A stretch of DNA of 62,903 bases, counting the filler, from Stramenopiles sp. TOSAG23-3 (taxonomy: Eukaryota), in the NCBI GenBank assembly GCA_900128585.1. It is 9 parts of 9 records of this genome, joined end to end, with 100 filler letters (N's around TTAATTAATTAA, not from the genome) between each part and the next. Parts side by side here need not be neighbours in the genome. Positions count along the whole stretch, not along the records: positions 8,565 to 17,021 come from LT643017.1; positions 17,122 to 25,573 come from LT643018.1; 7 more parts are not named here. The stretch is one strand, 5' to 3'. Of the stretch, positions 11,003 through 22,993 are shown in pieces (the first letter of the stretch is position 1; the number at the start of each line of letters is the position of its first letter). The translations under genes were made by a program, and so were the position numbers. The notes beneath the pieces were generated by a model that made no database searches, was not told the origin of the DNA, and was given only the letters and a program-made list of their open reading frames with translations.

Positions 11003-12802
11003 TCACACGTCATGATCAAATTCCTCTGCAGGTGCCAGCAGCTCTTCGTAAACAAATTCTACATCGTCTGAAATATCATAGAGCTTAGATATTTTGCTTC
11101 GAAGCTGCTTGATGCTAGTGCCTAATCTTTGAATGGGGTCACCGACGAGAAGCCCCCCAGAGACAGACGACTTACCGGTTCTTCTATGTATACCAGGAGG
11201 ATGCGGTTTTGAGCGTTCAAATTTTGGGCCAAACTCAGTCTCAGTAAAGCCAGAATTTGCCTCGGGGATCGGGGTTGATTGGGCCCCCTCCGTACCCGCC
11301 GCTTCGTCCTGGCTATTAATTGTGTCTTTAACTTTATTGTTGTGGTTTCCAAACCGGTTGCTCGCACGCGATGGGGACAAGAGCCGTTTTCGATCATTTT
11401 CCCTCTGCGCAGAGGTTCTTCCCCTACGCGACAAAGCTATCATCGACAACGGCTCTTCCATCTGCACTGTCTTAGCATGGAACGGGAAATTTTTATTGTA
11501 CTGGTTTGGCATGAACAATACAGCGAACCATATGGTAACAATGGCATTTAGCGACAATTCCATGGCAGTGACAAAAACTGACCGGTACCATAATTCTAAG
11601 ATATTATTTGCAAAAAGAACTTGCAAGGGGAGGGATGCCATCCAAACAAGACCGGTCACATAGAAAACTCGGTAAAAATTTCGCTTCGTAGTGTAGTTTA
11701 CCCACGTTGTTCTGCACGCATAGGTAAACCAGGCGATTCCAATACACCGAAACATCTGTATGAATCCCCCCCATGGACTATCGTAGAAGTATGTTACTTT
11801 CGAGGGGTCACCCTGTACCGAAAAATGCCATACTAGCGCACCATAGTAACAAAAGGTGTATGCGGTGCCAAAGACAGCAATCTTTACCCTCCCGGTTGCA
11901 CTAATCTTTTTGCGAACGACGCTCCAACCTTTCGCAATCAGCAATAGGAACAAAACAAGGAGAATGTCTGCCCCAGCATGAAACAGACGGCCCAACATTT
12001 CCAAGAATGGTAATTTGTACCCTTCCACGGCGTAATGGTTTTGATAAAGTAAACCCCAAAACAGCGAAATGGCTTCCATATATATTGCGCCACACAATAA
12101 CTTGACTGTGTGGTGGAACATCTGCCGTTGGAGCAATTTCTTGGTGGCATACATGAAATACAAAGACAGCAGAACGTACAGAGTGAAAAATAGTTGGTAC
12201 AAAGTCAATTTTCCAAAATCGTCTGCGGAAAAATGCCTTTCGGGCCCGTCGCCATTTAGCATAGTAAGGCTAACGTCTGCAACTATGCTAAACTCTTTGG
12301 CCGAGGGGTAGTGGGCTGCTACCCTGCCATCTTTGTCTACCGCCGACGCACAGTTCGAAAGGGCAAAATAGAACCATCGAGGTCGATTCGAACTGAATTC
12401 CAATTCCGATGACACCTGTCGTGTTCCATCGTTGCCATGCAACGCTTGGTCAGTTTTGACAACCTTTACCAACGGGTGTGTGCTTAGAGGGAAAGAGTTG
12501 TCTTTTGTTTGCGCAAGATTTACTTTGTCATAGCAGTTCATGGAGACACCTCCTTTACGGACTTTGTCCCAACTCTCCGAGCCATCGTAATATACTTGCC
12601 ATGCTAACGAAGTGTTGGACGGGAAGGTCACATTGTATTTAAACACGCCTGTGGGCTTTCCACTCTTCGGCATGAAACAGAATTTTGAAACATAAACCCA
12701 AGTTCTTACTCCACGAATTTCATAGGCTTCATGGAGACCTATGCAAGGCGCAAGCAGTAGTGCCCCCACAAGCACAAGGGTATTCAAAACAAGATAGTGC
12801 AT
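11003..12802 (-). CDS. TMEM145/GPR180-like seven-transmembrane protein
   Basis: Signal peptide, WVYVSKFCF, RPRWFYFALSNC, HFSADDFG, LLLIAKGWSVVR, and multiple TM segments. Confidence 0.85.
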   Translation of the reverse strand: MHYLVLNTLVLVGALLLAPCIGLHEAYEIRGVRTWVYVSKFCFMPKSGKPTGVFKYNVTFPSNTSLAWQVYYDGSESWDKVRKGGVSMNCYDKVNLAQTKDNSFPLSTHPLVKVVKTDQALHGNDGTRQVSSELEFSSNRPRWFYFALSNCASAVDKDGRVAAHYPSAKEFSIVADVSLTMLNGDGPERHFSADDFGKLTLYQLFFTLYVLLSLYFMYATKKLLQRQMFHHTVKLLCGAIYMEAISLFWGLLYQNHYAVEGYKLPFLEMLGRLFHAGADILLVLFLLLIAKGWSVVRKKISATGRVKIAVFGTAYTFCYYGALVWHFSVQGDPSKVTYFYDSPWGGFIQMFRCIGIAWFTYACRTTWVNYTTKRNFYRVFYVTGLVWMASLPLQVLFANNILELWYRSVFVTAMELSLNAIVTIWFAVLFMPNQYNKNFPFHAKTVQMEEPLSMIALSRRGRTSAQRENDRKRLLSPSRASNRFGNHNNKVKDTINSQDEAAGTEGAQSTPIPEANSGFTETEFGPKFERSKPHPPGIHRRTGKSSVSGGLLVGDPIQRLGTSIKQLRSKISKLYDISDDVEFVYEELLAPAEEFDHDV

Positions 12803-14137
12803 GGCAGGGATTGTTGTCGTGATTTACAAAACCAGTTTGAACACAGATAAAACTGCATATCAGTCGTCTTTTAGCAGTCATTCCACACATTTATTGGCAT
12901 TGCCTGACAACGACAGGATAAAATATGTGTTCTTTCGGGGACAGGAATGGCCTGCCGGTAGTAGTAAGTAGTATAATAATAAATAATAAAAAAAAAATAA
13001 TAAAATTAATAATAATAATATTAATATTGAACAACAACACCGAAAGAAACGACTATAATAATGTAAAAATCTAATTAAATAAAAAAGAGAAGATCGATAA
13101 TAATAATTATTTTTTTTATGCTACATTATAATACAACCACCACAGTGTATAATACATTCTAAATAGTCGTCTACTACAGAGTTTATTAAAATATTAATAA
13201 AGACAGAAAAGCAAAACCTGCACGTATAATATTAATACAGTATGATGATGATGTAACGCATTCCTGGTTTTTAAATTAAAAAATAATACAATCAATATAA
13301 TTTATGCAATGTACTAAGTATTATAGGACTATTTATATTATTCTATTATTTAATAATAATTATAACGGTCGATATGGATGGATGGATGGAATGGAAGATG
13401 TAATACTAGACTATTATATGTCTATCTATAATATAACTAACAACAGAATTGAAAAAAAAAGGAAACCACTGACCATTGACTGTCAATGTCATCGTATGTA
13501 GAGTTATAATTAGGGTTATGATGGTATTTAGGTATTAAGTTTCCCAGTAATGAATGGTATAATGTACACAGCATTCAAATATATATATTATTTACATAGG
13601 AAAACAAATCAGTATACTAATGCTTGTACATGTAAATGAGGTGCGGACTTCAGAAAAAAGAGAAACGAAAAGTTCAAATAATGGGGGGGGGGAATATAAT
13701 AAATGGACACAGTATTAAACACAGGGATATAGCAAGGCAGGATAGGTAAATTAATGATTTCTTTACTGTAATGATTAAGGTAAGTTGATTGTTGTTCATA
13801 TATACTCTATTTAAGTTTATATAATTAGTAACGGGAAGTCATAAATTGGATATTTGAAAGAGAGGTCGAGTACCTTAATTATCGAAGTTGGGATGGTGCT
13901 TTCTGATGTTTTTGTACTGAAGTTTTATTGCATTGAATAGCACTGGTACACTTTTCCTTTTCTCGAAGATTACGTTTCTTCAGAGTTTGCATATCTATGT
14001 GTGTGTGTGTGTTTGGCAGAGATGTTTTGAAATGTGCGATTAAATTGAACAGGTTCGCCCTACTTTAGCATTGTCCAACTCTTAGAGACGTTCGTTTCAT
14101 TCGATTTTGAATATATCTAAAAGGAAATCTGTTGACC

Positions 14138-14974
14138 ATGAGGATTACAAGGGCATTGACAATCTTCTTGCTCTTTGTTGGGGTAGTGTCTATCAATGGG
14201 CAATTGCAGTTTCGCCGCAAGCACCTGAGAAACCCAGGAGAAACTATTTCCCTGGTACAAGTGTCGCACAAAAACAGCCTTAACCCGAACGAAATTGCGG
14301 AAAACATGAAGCAAATCGAAGAGCAGAAATCTAAAATTTACGAGGAGATGGGGAAAGCCTCAAAAAGCATTAAAGACACGGAAAGCAAAATGGATGTAAT
14401 GAAGAAGGAAGCCGTGGAGAATGTTCGCCAAAACCGGGAAAGGAAGAAAGTCAACGCAGATAAAATGAAGGCGTACTTGGATTCAAATGCCATTGCAGCA
14501 AAACGAAGACAATTGCAGATCGTGTCTTGCCTCCAAATGATCAAAGGCGGGGCAAACCGCCTTTACTGGTCGTTGAGAAAAATGTTCGCTGAGCTTCCCG
14601 ACGAGAAGGTGTGCCCAGTATTCAAAGGGATGAAGTTCCCGTCCATGTCAAAGCACGGCCACACGGAACGCTTTTATAAAAAATACAAACTAGGTGAGAG
14701 TCCCGTTAACGACGGAACGGAAGTATTATATTTCGACGCGGTGAAGTTAAACCTTTGGCGATGCATGTGCACGGAACGGGAAATCAAGGCGAAGTACCCT
14801 GTCGGAAAACCAGCCGCTAGCTTGATGTTGCAAAAGACGGCGGAGAAAATAGAAGAACGAGCTGAAAGCCTTGAAAAGAAGGTCGGCTCTATTCGTCCTC
14901 AAATAGAAGCTTCAGCCAAAAAAGAAGAGAAAGAGGAACAAAACGATGTAGCGAATGGGGTCGTATCGAATTAA
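14138..14974 (+). CDS. Secreted coiled-coil protein of unknown function
   Basis: Hydrophobic N-terminus (MRITRALTIFLLFVGVVS), coiled coil, and 4 Cys in the central domain. Confidence 0.75.
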   Translation: MRITRALTIFLLFVGVVSINGQLQFRRKHLRNPGETISLVQVSHKNSLNPNEIAENMKQIEEQKSKIYEEMGKASKSIKDTESKMDVMKKEAVENVRQNRERKKVNADKMKAYLDSNAIAAKRRQLQIVSCLQMIKGGANRLYWSLRKMFAELPDEKVCPVFKGMKFPSMSKHGHTERFYKKYKLGESPVNDGTEVLYFDAVKLNLWRCMCTEREIKAKYPVGKPAASLMLQKTAEKIEERAESLEKKVGSIRPQIEASAKKEEKEEQNDVANGVVSN

Positions 14975-15492
14975 ACTTCGAGTGCATTTAGCATATCATA
15001 CTTTTGAGATTTATATATATATATAAAAAAAATGATTACTTTCGTACTATCATATCAATACGTAACAGAAAATTAAACAACAGAACATATAGCAGGGAGT
15101 TAGTGTTACATAAAATAAAATTGAATAACAAGGAAAATGACGGAAAAACTTATAATTTTAACCAAAAAAAGTTCTCTTCACTCTACGCATTTATATAGGA
15201 CATTGTTACAAGTACAAACAATCATTGAATTTTATCGCAAAAACTTAAAAGTAAAAAAAGCAGAAAAACAAGAACAACTGCTGCTGAATTATAGTCGTCT
15301 ATTAAAAATACGAATGTTGTTTGTTAAAAAAACAACAACTGTAATATTAATATAACCCAAGAAAAGAATTTTCTTTGGGGAAGACGATCCCCTTGAGCAT
15401 TTTCATTGGGAATATTGAAAAAAACGTTCACTTTTAGCACTTTTGTTTTCGGTTGTTCCCTGGTTTGTGCAGTGGGGCTCCCACGCAAAACT

Positions 15493-17021
15493 ATGCCCGG
15501 GCTGCTGGTGCAAATGCTCTTTGCCATTCTCCTTCTCTTGCACACGGCGGACGTTGGAGTCGCGACTTCCAAATGGGGATGCAGCGGCTCGAACGGGGCG
15601 TACGTGCAGTATATGGACTGTGCGTTCGGGGACGAAGTGAGCCTGAACGGGGACCTGAGCGTGACGGGGCGGGAAGGGAACTACACGACGCTAACGGCGG
15701 CAAGCGGGAAGAGGCATTTTAAAATTACCAGTGGAGCGCACACACTAAGATTGAAATGGTTGAATATGACCGGTGGGGACGTTGGGACATGCGACAGCGA
15801 CAGTTGTAAAGGTGGTTCCATTCACGTTAAAAACGCAGCTGCCCATTTGAACATATCCCAATGTGTATTTTTCAAGAATCGTGCTTTTTCGGGTGGTGCT
15901 GTTTATGCGTTCTCTAACTCAGGACAACCGACTCTGCTCTTCTCTTACGTATTGTTTGAATCCAATTCTGCAAGCGCTCACGGAGGGGCAGTGCTGTTAT
16001 ACAAAGGAACATCTCATGGTGAATGGAATACATTTAAAAAGAATGCAGCAGGACTCGATGGTGGTGCAATGTACATTGTCACCGCTAGTACAGTCTCAAG
16101 CACGGACTCCTCTTTTATCAAAAACGAAGCATACAAAGCAGGAGCTGGTATTTATATCAGGAGCGATTCCTCCAGTCCTAGCCAAATTAATTTAACAAGG
16201 GCTCAACTGATTGAAAACAAACAAACAAGCGGCGGATCAAGTACTTATCATGGAGGCGGCGGACTTTATATAGAGGACAATGCGGTTGCCAATATAAGAG
16301 AATGCACGCTTGTACGAAACGAAGCAACATCAGGAGGCGGTGGGCTAAAGTATGGGCATCAGATTATGACCAGGAGGGATACTTCAAATGTTCCCTCCAT
16401 CACCATCGTCAACACGAACTTTACCGACCTTGAAGCGTCTTACCGTTTCTACGGGTACGATGGAGATGATAGAGATGGCGGTAATCCAAACGGCCCCGAA
16501 GAGTACATAACCCCGTCCGCCTGCGCCGCCAGACCCTGCACCGTCATACCTTTCGACGGGGACTGCTACACGCGCGCGTCCGATAAGCAGGGCGTTATCT
16601 GCGACCCCCCCGCCTGCCCGGCCGGTTCCTATAACCAGTTTCTTTCGACGTCGTTGCCACCGCCGTTGGCAATACCGTGCGGCGAGACGATGCCAGAGTA
16701 TTCGTGCTCCCAGTTGCCCTCCCGAGGGGTGTACAAACGTACCCAAGACTGCACGTTCGGGGACGAGGTGAGCCTGAGCGGAGACTTGAGCGTGACGGGG
16801 AAGGAAGGGAATTACACTACGCTGACGGCGGCGAGCGGAAAGAGGCATTTTAAGATTACCAGCGGCGCGCACACACTGGCGTTGAAATGGTTGAATATGA
16901 CGGGAGGTGATGTTACAAGTGGCTTGGGCGATGGTGGTTCCATTTATATTTTCAGAGTCGCTGCCCATTTGAACATATCCCGTTCTGTTTTTTTCAATAA
17001 TCGTGCTGATCTAGGTGGTGC
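15493..17021 (+). CDS. Secreted/surface right-handed beta-helix (Pmp-like GGA(I/V)/FxxN repeat) protein, 3' truncated
   Basis: Signal peptide MPGLLVQMLFAILLLL. Repeated FxxNxA..GGA(V/M)Y motifs. Internal module duplicated at 15616-15783 and 16747-16914. Confidence 0.85.
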
Positions 17022-17452
17022 NNNNNNNNNNNNNNNNNNNNNNNNNNNNNNNNNNNNNNNNNNNNTTAATTAATTAANNNNNNNNNNNNNNNNNNNNNNN
17101 NNNNNNNNNNNNNNNNNNNNNATAAGGTTAATAATTACATTTATGATATTATTTATATTTATATAATATCAACAGAAAACTACTATTCCGTAATTTTAAC
17201 TTTGCTATGTACAACTTCAAAAGTTGGAAAAAGGGGGGGGGATTAATCAAGAGGACTTTTTCAACAGAGAAAAAGACGTCAGAGAACACGCGACGTCTTT
17301 GTTTGTTTCTCTCTTGTTTCCAAATGTTTGGAAGTTCGACGTTCTCTATCGGGTTCAATTTGTTTTACAAATTATTGCACAGAGCGAAAAAAAAAAATCA
17401 ACTCGTGCGTTCATATACCGCCGGCAGGTTTCCACGCAGTCCAACGACATAC

Positions 17453-19195
17453 ATGGCACCGTGGGCCCTTTTCGTAGCGGTCTGGCTTGCGCTGGTGGCG
17501 GTGGCTGCAAGCGAGCCGTTGGGGCACAACCCGAAATCGGGGCGTTTGGGGAAGGCAATTGCACGTTCTGTGAGAAAGAGTTGCTTGGAAGATGACGATT
17601 GCAAAAAGGGGAAAGAATGTTTTTTATCCATGAGCGTTGACGGAGAACGAGACGGGAAGTGTTACAAATCCAACTCGTGCACAAGGTACTCTATGCAACG
17701 GAATGGGAAGAAGCGCTGTTACGAAATTCGACGGCACTGCCTTAAAAATGACGATTGCCCGGCGAAATACCATTGCATGCAGGGCGTCGACTTCCACAGA
17801 GGGCAGTGTGAACTGAAAACGTTCTCGGTGCTCAGTTTTGCAAAACGTATGTTGTCGAAAATCTTGTCGATTTTTGACTTGGACAGCGTGGAGGACGAAC
17901 CTACCCCAGGCGAAACGCTCCGGTTCCCCACCATTGAAGACTTTGCAAACCAGCCGGAACCACAGGAGGATTTGGCGGAAGAGCCGTTTATGCACGAGTT
18001 GAAGGGCAGTGAGAGCGATGGGCAGAGCAGTAAGCCGAACAGTTTCATGGAGTTAATGGTCAAGATGGGTGTGAGCCCGGAAAAGAGTTTTCTTGAAACT
18101 TGCAGTGCCGTTGCCTCGTCGTGGGACAGCTGGGGATGCAGCAACCCGAAGGTGCGGGACCAGTACTTGAGCAAACGGCTCGAACGCGCCACGATCACGG
18201 CGACCCATGTCCTTATCAAAAGCTCAAAGGGCGAGACGTTGGCCGGGGATTACTTGACGAAAGCGTATTTAAAGAAGTGCACTGCCAGGGCGAACGACTT
18301 CCTCCAGAAGGGGTTTGGGTTCAAGCTAAAAGCAAAGGTACTGTACCTTGAGAACGACGAACTTTTCGAACACGATGGCGGGTACATTGCTACGTTTGGA
18401 AAAGAGAGGGTCCGCAGCTTTAACGCGATCCCAGAAATGGAAGGTGCAGAATTTGGTGGGACGTACCCACGAAAGTCCATCTACTTCATGTGGCGTCGGT
18501 TTCCGAATTTGGGAAGCAAGGGGAAAATTATCGGGATGAGTTCATTTCCAGGGAAGCGTAACTACGAGGGCGTCATCGATATGAACTCGTTTGTCAAGCG
18601 CGCCAGCTGGCAGTGCGCTTGGACGTTGGCCCATGAAGTAGGGCACACCCTCGGACTTTTCCATAGCCACCGCACGATCGAACAGATGGCATACCTTGAG
18701 TCAGAAAACAAATGCAGCTGCGGGGAGTTCGGGCAAGGGGAGGTAACGAGTTGGCGCGGCGACTTTTGTGGGGACACGCTTCCCGAGCCCAAGATGCTGA
18801 AAACGGCCAGTTACCTCAAGCGGCAGATAAAAAAATTCAAAAAGAACAAGTGCAAATGGTGCAAGAAGATCCCTGCAAAGGAGTTGCAAGCGGACTTCGA
18901 AGCGTACTTTCAGTATGGGAAGATCGTTCGACACGTCCGGAAGCGGCTGAAAGGCTATTTAAACTGGTGGTTGACAAAGTCCAAATTCGTCAAAGCAATG
19001 ACCTGTGGGGACATGAGTTTGAAGTATAGTTTTGGCAAGGAAGAAGTAGGGTTTAACTTGATGAGTTATGGAAAATTTGGTCAGGTCATTTCAAAACATC
19101 AAAGGGCGCGTGCATTGTGTTTTGCCGATCGAACGCCAGGGCTTCAAAAGATTTTTGGAAAATTGTTGGAGGATGAATCATTAAAAAAAGAGTAA
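17453..19195 (+). CDS. Secreted metzincin metalloprotease, M43 (pappalysin/ulilysin-like), with Cys-rich N-terminal modules
   Basis: Signal peptide MAPWALFVAVWLALVAVAAS. HEVGHTLGLFH zinc motif (~18632-18664), GDFCGDT, and NLMSY Met-turn. Confidence 0.85.
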   Translation: MAPWALFVAVWLALVAVAASEPLGHNPKSGRLGKAIARSVRKSCLEDDDCKKGKECFLSMSVDGERDGKCYKSNSCTRYSMQRNGKKRCYEIRRHCLKNDDCPAKYHCMQGVDFHRGQCELKTFSVLSFAKRMLSKILSIFDLDSVEDEPTPGETLRFPTIEDFANQPEPQEDLAEEPFMHELKGSESDGQSSKPNSFMELMVKMGVSPEKSFLETCSAVASSWDSWGCSNPKVRDQYLSKRLERATITATHVLIKSSKGETLAGDYLTKAYLKKCTARANDFLQKGFGFKLKAKVLYLENDELFEHDGGYIATFGKERVRSFNAIPEMEGAEFGGTYPRKSIYFMWRRFPNLGSKGKIIGMSSFPGKRNYEGVIDMNSFVKRASWQCAWTLAHEVGHTLGLFHSHRTIEQMAYLESENKCSCGEFGQGEVTSWRGDFCGDTLPEPKMLKTASYLKRQIKKFKKNKCKWCKKIPAKELQADFEAYFQYGKIVRHVRKRLKGYLNWWLTKSKFVKAMTCGDMSLKYSFGKEEVGFNLMSYGKFGQVISKHQRARALCFADRTPGLQKIFGKLLEDESLKKE

Positions 19196-19518
19196 AATAA
19201 ATATTTCATTCATCAATTACCTTACGAGAATGTATTAAGTTGATGTTATATAATTCTTTATTAAGGTATAATAAATGGGATCGATCTACCACAAAAAAAA
19301 TAAAAGTGTTGTTGTTGTTTTTTTTTAAATAAAAAGGCCTTGTGCCGGTCCAATAATGCCTTCCTTTGTTGTCCATTCTGAATTAACATGGAGAGCTAGA
19401 AAGCAATGGAAATGAAAATGTCGAGGGGTGGAATCGTACGTGTTCGTGTATATTATTTCGAATTACTTGCCGGTAGAATTTTCACTTTCGATTGATTTTG
19501 GAGTAGTTTCGAAGAAGA

Positions 19519-20679
19519 ATGAGTCGATACGAAGGCGGTTCGAAGGAAAAGCGGCGGCGAGACGATGGTGGTAGAAAAAAGTACAACCCGAACAAGAACC
19601 GAAGGCATGAATTTGCACCCCGCTCGAACGACAGATCGTCGTCGCAACACTACAATGCCACCGATGGTGCGGCAACGGAGGCACTGTGGAACCAACGGCC
19701 TGGCGGGCGCAAGTACACGGTGTCGGTGGCCATCCCCGGGAGCATTGTCGCGAACGCGCAGTCCCGGGAGTTGCGGACTTACCTTGCAGGCCAGGTCGCC
19801 CGGACCCTGGCGGTGTTCAATGTGGACGAGGTGATCGTGTTCGACGATAGGAGCATATCGAAAGCGACCAGCGGGGGGACAGCATACGGCGACGCAAACA
19901 CGTTCTTGGCCCGAGTTCTGCAGTACTTGGAATGCCCGCAGTACCTTCGAAAGAAGCTGTTCCCAATCCACCCTGACTTACAGTTTGCAGGGCTGCTAAA
20001 CCCCTTGGACGCTCCCCACCACATGCGCGCGGACGAAATCCGGCCGTACCGCGAAGGGGTGGTGGTGGACGCGCTACCGAACGATAGGGTCGGGTCATTG
20101 GTTCACGTGGGAACGCGGCAGTATGTCCAGATCCCGAAACGGTTGAAGCCTGGGACCCGGGTGACGGTGGAGATGGGCAAAACGCAGGACGAGGACGGGG
20201 GGAAACGGTCCTTTAACGGGCCCGTCCCAAAAGGCAGAGCGGTGGCGCCGTCGAAGCCACGCACTAGCTTGGGAGTGTACTGGGGCTACAGCGTTCGGAT
20301 GGCATCGGGTTTCAAGGAGATATTTTCGCAGTGCCCATTCGAGGGCGGGTACGATTGCGCAATCGGGACGTCGGAGAACGGAGCGAGCATTCACGGGGAC
20401 CCTGCGACGTCCACCCCGGCGTTCCAGATGAAGGCCAACGCGGACCACACCCTGATCGTGTTCGGGGGCCTTGCAGGGTTGGAAGCGTCGGTGGAGGCGG
20501 ACGAGAGTTTGAACGTCCCGAAAGAGAAGACGAAGGAGATCTTTGATTTCTACTTGAACTCGTGCCCGAACCAGGGGAGTCGGACGATTCGCACGGAAGA
20601 GGCTATACTGATAACCTTGGCGCTCCTGTGCCCTCAAATCGACCAATGCGCCCGGGAGCGAACGGACATTGTACCGTGA
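19519..20679 (+). CDS. SPOUT1: SPOUT-family RNA methyltransferase (C9orf114/SPOUT1-like)
   Basis: TVSVAIPGSI, GQVARTLAVFNVDEVIVFD, LQYLECPQYLRK, LLNPLDAPHH, YWGYSVR, CPNQGSRTIRTEEA. Confidence 0.92.
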   Translation: MSRYEGGSKEKRRRDDGGRKKYNPNKNRRHEFAPRSNDRSSSQHYNATDGAATEALWNQRPGGRKYTVSVAIPGSIVANAQSRELRTYLAGQVARTLAVFNVDEVIVFDDRSISKATSGGTAYGDANTFLARVLQYLECPQYLRKKLFPIHPDLQFAGLLNPLDAPHHMRADEIRPYREGVVVDALPNDRVGSLVHVGTRQYVQIPKRLKPGTRVTVEMGKTQDEDGGKRSFNGPVPKGRAVAPSKPRTSLGVYWGYSVRMASGFKEIFSQCPFEGGYDCAIGTSENGASIHGDPATSTPAFQMKANADHTLIVFGGLAGLEASVEADESLNVPKEKTKEIFDFYLNSCPNQGSRTIRTEEAILITLALLCPQIDQCARERTDIVP

Positions 20680-21021
20680 ATCTGGGGCAGAGCAATTTAT
20701 GTTGTGCGGACAGTAATATTACACCTCATGGTGCCCACTGCGCAAATTTGGTTCAATTTCAAGGTTTTCTTAGATTTGTTAAATGCTAAATGCTTTACCA
20801 CCCAAAGTCCTTTATAAATTTACCAGAATTTAAAAAAAACACATATTACACCTAACGTTAGAGTCTTAATAAGCATATAATTTGTTTTTTTACACCTAAA
20901 CATATGATATGATAACATATGTTAATTTATATGCTCATCAGAATAATATTTTAAATGTGTTTCATTTAAATTAATTTTCGACATACTTTGGTTTGTACAC
21001 GCACGTCAGCCTCCCCACCCG

Positions 21022-21979
21022 TCACTTCTTGTAGTGGGGCGTGCCAGGCCGCCTGCCCCCCCCCCGAACTGTACTGGTACCGCTGCTTCTTTTCTGCCGG
21101 CTTCAAGATCTGGAACGAGCACATCAGGTTCTCGTCTACGCTCATCATAGCCCCGGCGTTGTCGAACTCGCCGCAGTAGTTCGGGGCACTAAACAAGGTG
21201 ACCAGCTGCCGCTGGGCGAAGAACTCGTACCCGTCCTCGACGACCTGGTGGGCCCGACAAATCAGGTCCAGGTCGTGCGTGTTCAACGTGTTTTCCACCA
21301 CGTCCCGGCCAAACGTGAACGACACCCCCCGGTCGTTCTCCCCCCACCCCGAACTGTCCCCGTCCGGGTCGCTCCAGAGCAGGTCGCACAGGAGCCCCGT
21401 GTCCGGGACGTCCGTTGGGCGAACAATGTTCCGTATGTGGTCTAAATCGGACATCTCCGGGGACAGCCCACCATGGACACAAAATATTTTATCGTCGACG
21501 ATGGCGGCCGCCGGCAAGCAGTTGAAGACGTCGGTGAAGGTTTTCCAAAGCTTGATGCTGTACCTTCGCTTGCACTCGTCGTAGAACCCATAAATCCGGT
21601 TGATCGACGCGCTTTCGTGGTTGCCGCGAAGCAAGAAAAAATTCTCTGGGTACTTGACTTTGTACGCAAAAAGTAGACAGATAGTCTCCATACTAAACCT
21701 CCCCCGGTCGACGTAGTCCCCGAGGAACAAATAGTTCGCGTTCGGCGGGAACCCCCCGTACTCGAACAGGCGGAGCAGGTCGCCGTACTGCCCGTGCGTA
21801 TCCCCACATATCTTCACCGGCGCCGCAATTTCCAAAAGCATTGGTTGGGACATAAATACTCCCCGAACGGCCCTGCACAGTTGCGTAATCTTCGTCTCCG
21901 GCAAGTCGACCCGTTTGTTCGCGCGGGATTTCACGGAGAGCAACGAGTCTATCACTTCGTCCACGTTAAAGGTTGACAT
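21022..21979 (-). CDS. PP1: Ser/Thr protein phosphatase 1 catalytic subunit (likely 1-nt homopolymer error near the C-terminus)
   Basis: [35 protein letters not shown] at 21979. The true end is probably [10 protein letters not shown], with the stop at 21022-21024. The uncorrected ORF runs to 20966. Confidence 0.97.
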
Positions 21980-22734
21980 ATTCAAAAGCGAGCGAACAAA
22001 CACAAAACGTTCGTTGTGCGAACGGAGAAGGGGCACGGAAGAGAACGACGGGCAACAGCTAGCTCACACACGGGCTAGGCAGACAGACACGTGCAAAGAA
22101 CCAAACACAACAATGCAACCTTTATGTATTCGATTGCAGTGTACGAATATATTCCAACAAAAAGTGCAGCAAACTCTACAACCACAACCTATCATTCGTT
22201 TCCAATCAATCCTCGCAATCGTTCATTCCCTCTACACACTTCACTAAGAGGAAACATCCTCTTCTTCTTGAAATATTTCGTACGACGAAACTCACCAAAA
22301 CAAACAAACAAAAAAGAAAGCAACCTTCAAATGTCCAATGCTATTTCTATGTATTTAATATTTTGGATTTGTCGTTATTTTATTAAAAAAATCAAGAATC
22401 ATTGAATTTTAGTTTGTTATATTTACTATACAAAATATGTACTAAACATATGCCTAACTACAATAATTATAATACTTATTTTATAACTATACATAATAGC
22501 TTTTTAAACTATTTATGTTTACCTTTTTGCCTTAAAATAATTTAAATTTTTCAAAAATAAAATAACGATTCATCCTTGATTGAATTCTCTCCTATGAACA
22601 AAAGGTATTCTAACATTTGTACTTATATTAACTACAATACAAGTATACGATATATTGATAGGATAATCTATTTAAAATTATTTTTTCGATTTTTTTTTTT
22701 TTTTTTTTCGTTTTTTTTTTCTTCAATTTTTTCT

Positions 22735-22780
22735 GAATGAACGAAACGAATGAACGAAACGAATGAACGAAACGAATGAA
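22735..22780 (+). repeat. 13-bp tandem repeat (GAATGAACGAAAC) x ~3.5
   Basis: Read directly from the sequence. Confidence 0.9.
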
Positions 22781-22993
22781 TAAATATATTTATATATGTA
22801 TATATATATATAGAAATAAATTGATATTTGAATTTGCTATTGATTTTTTCTTCTCAGTTCTCAGTACACATTTGGTGGCTTGATTGTTGGGTTTGGTGTT
22901 CAAAGGAAATAATAAGATAGCGTCTCTTCGTGGGGAGGTATCGCTGTACCTTCGCTTAGTACGAGAGTCACGTACATAGTAAGATATAAGACC

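Noticed and set aside
13470-13740. Short matches (TGTAGAGTTAT, ACACAGTATTAA) to the 29.4-kb foldback element
   Set aside because: Matches of 11-12 nt in AT-rich DNA are too weak to claim homology by eye.
22735-22780. Short direct repeats as a CRISPR-like array
   Set aside because: They are head-to-tail with no spacers, in a eukaryotic context, with no cas genes.
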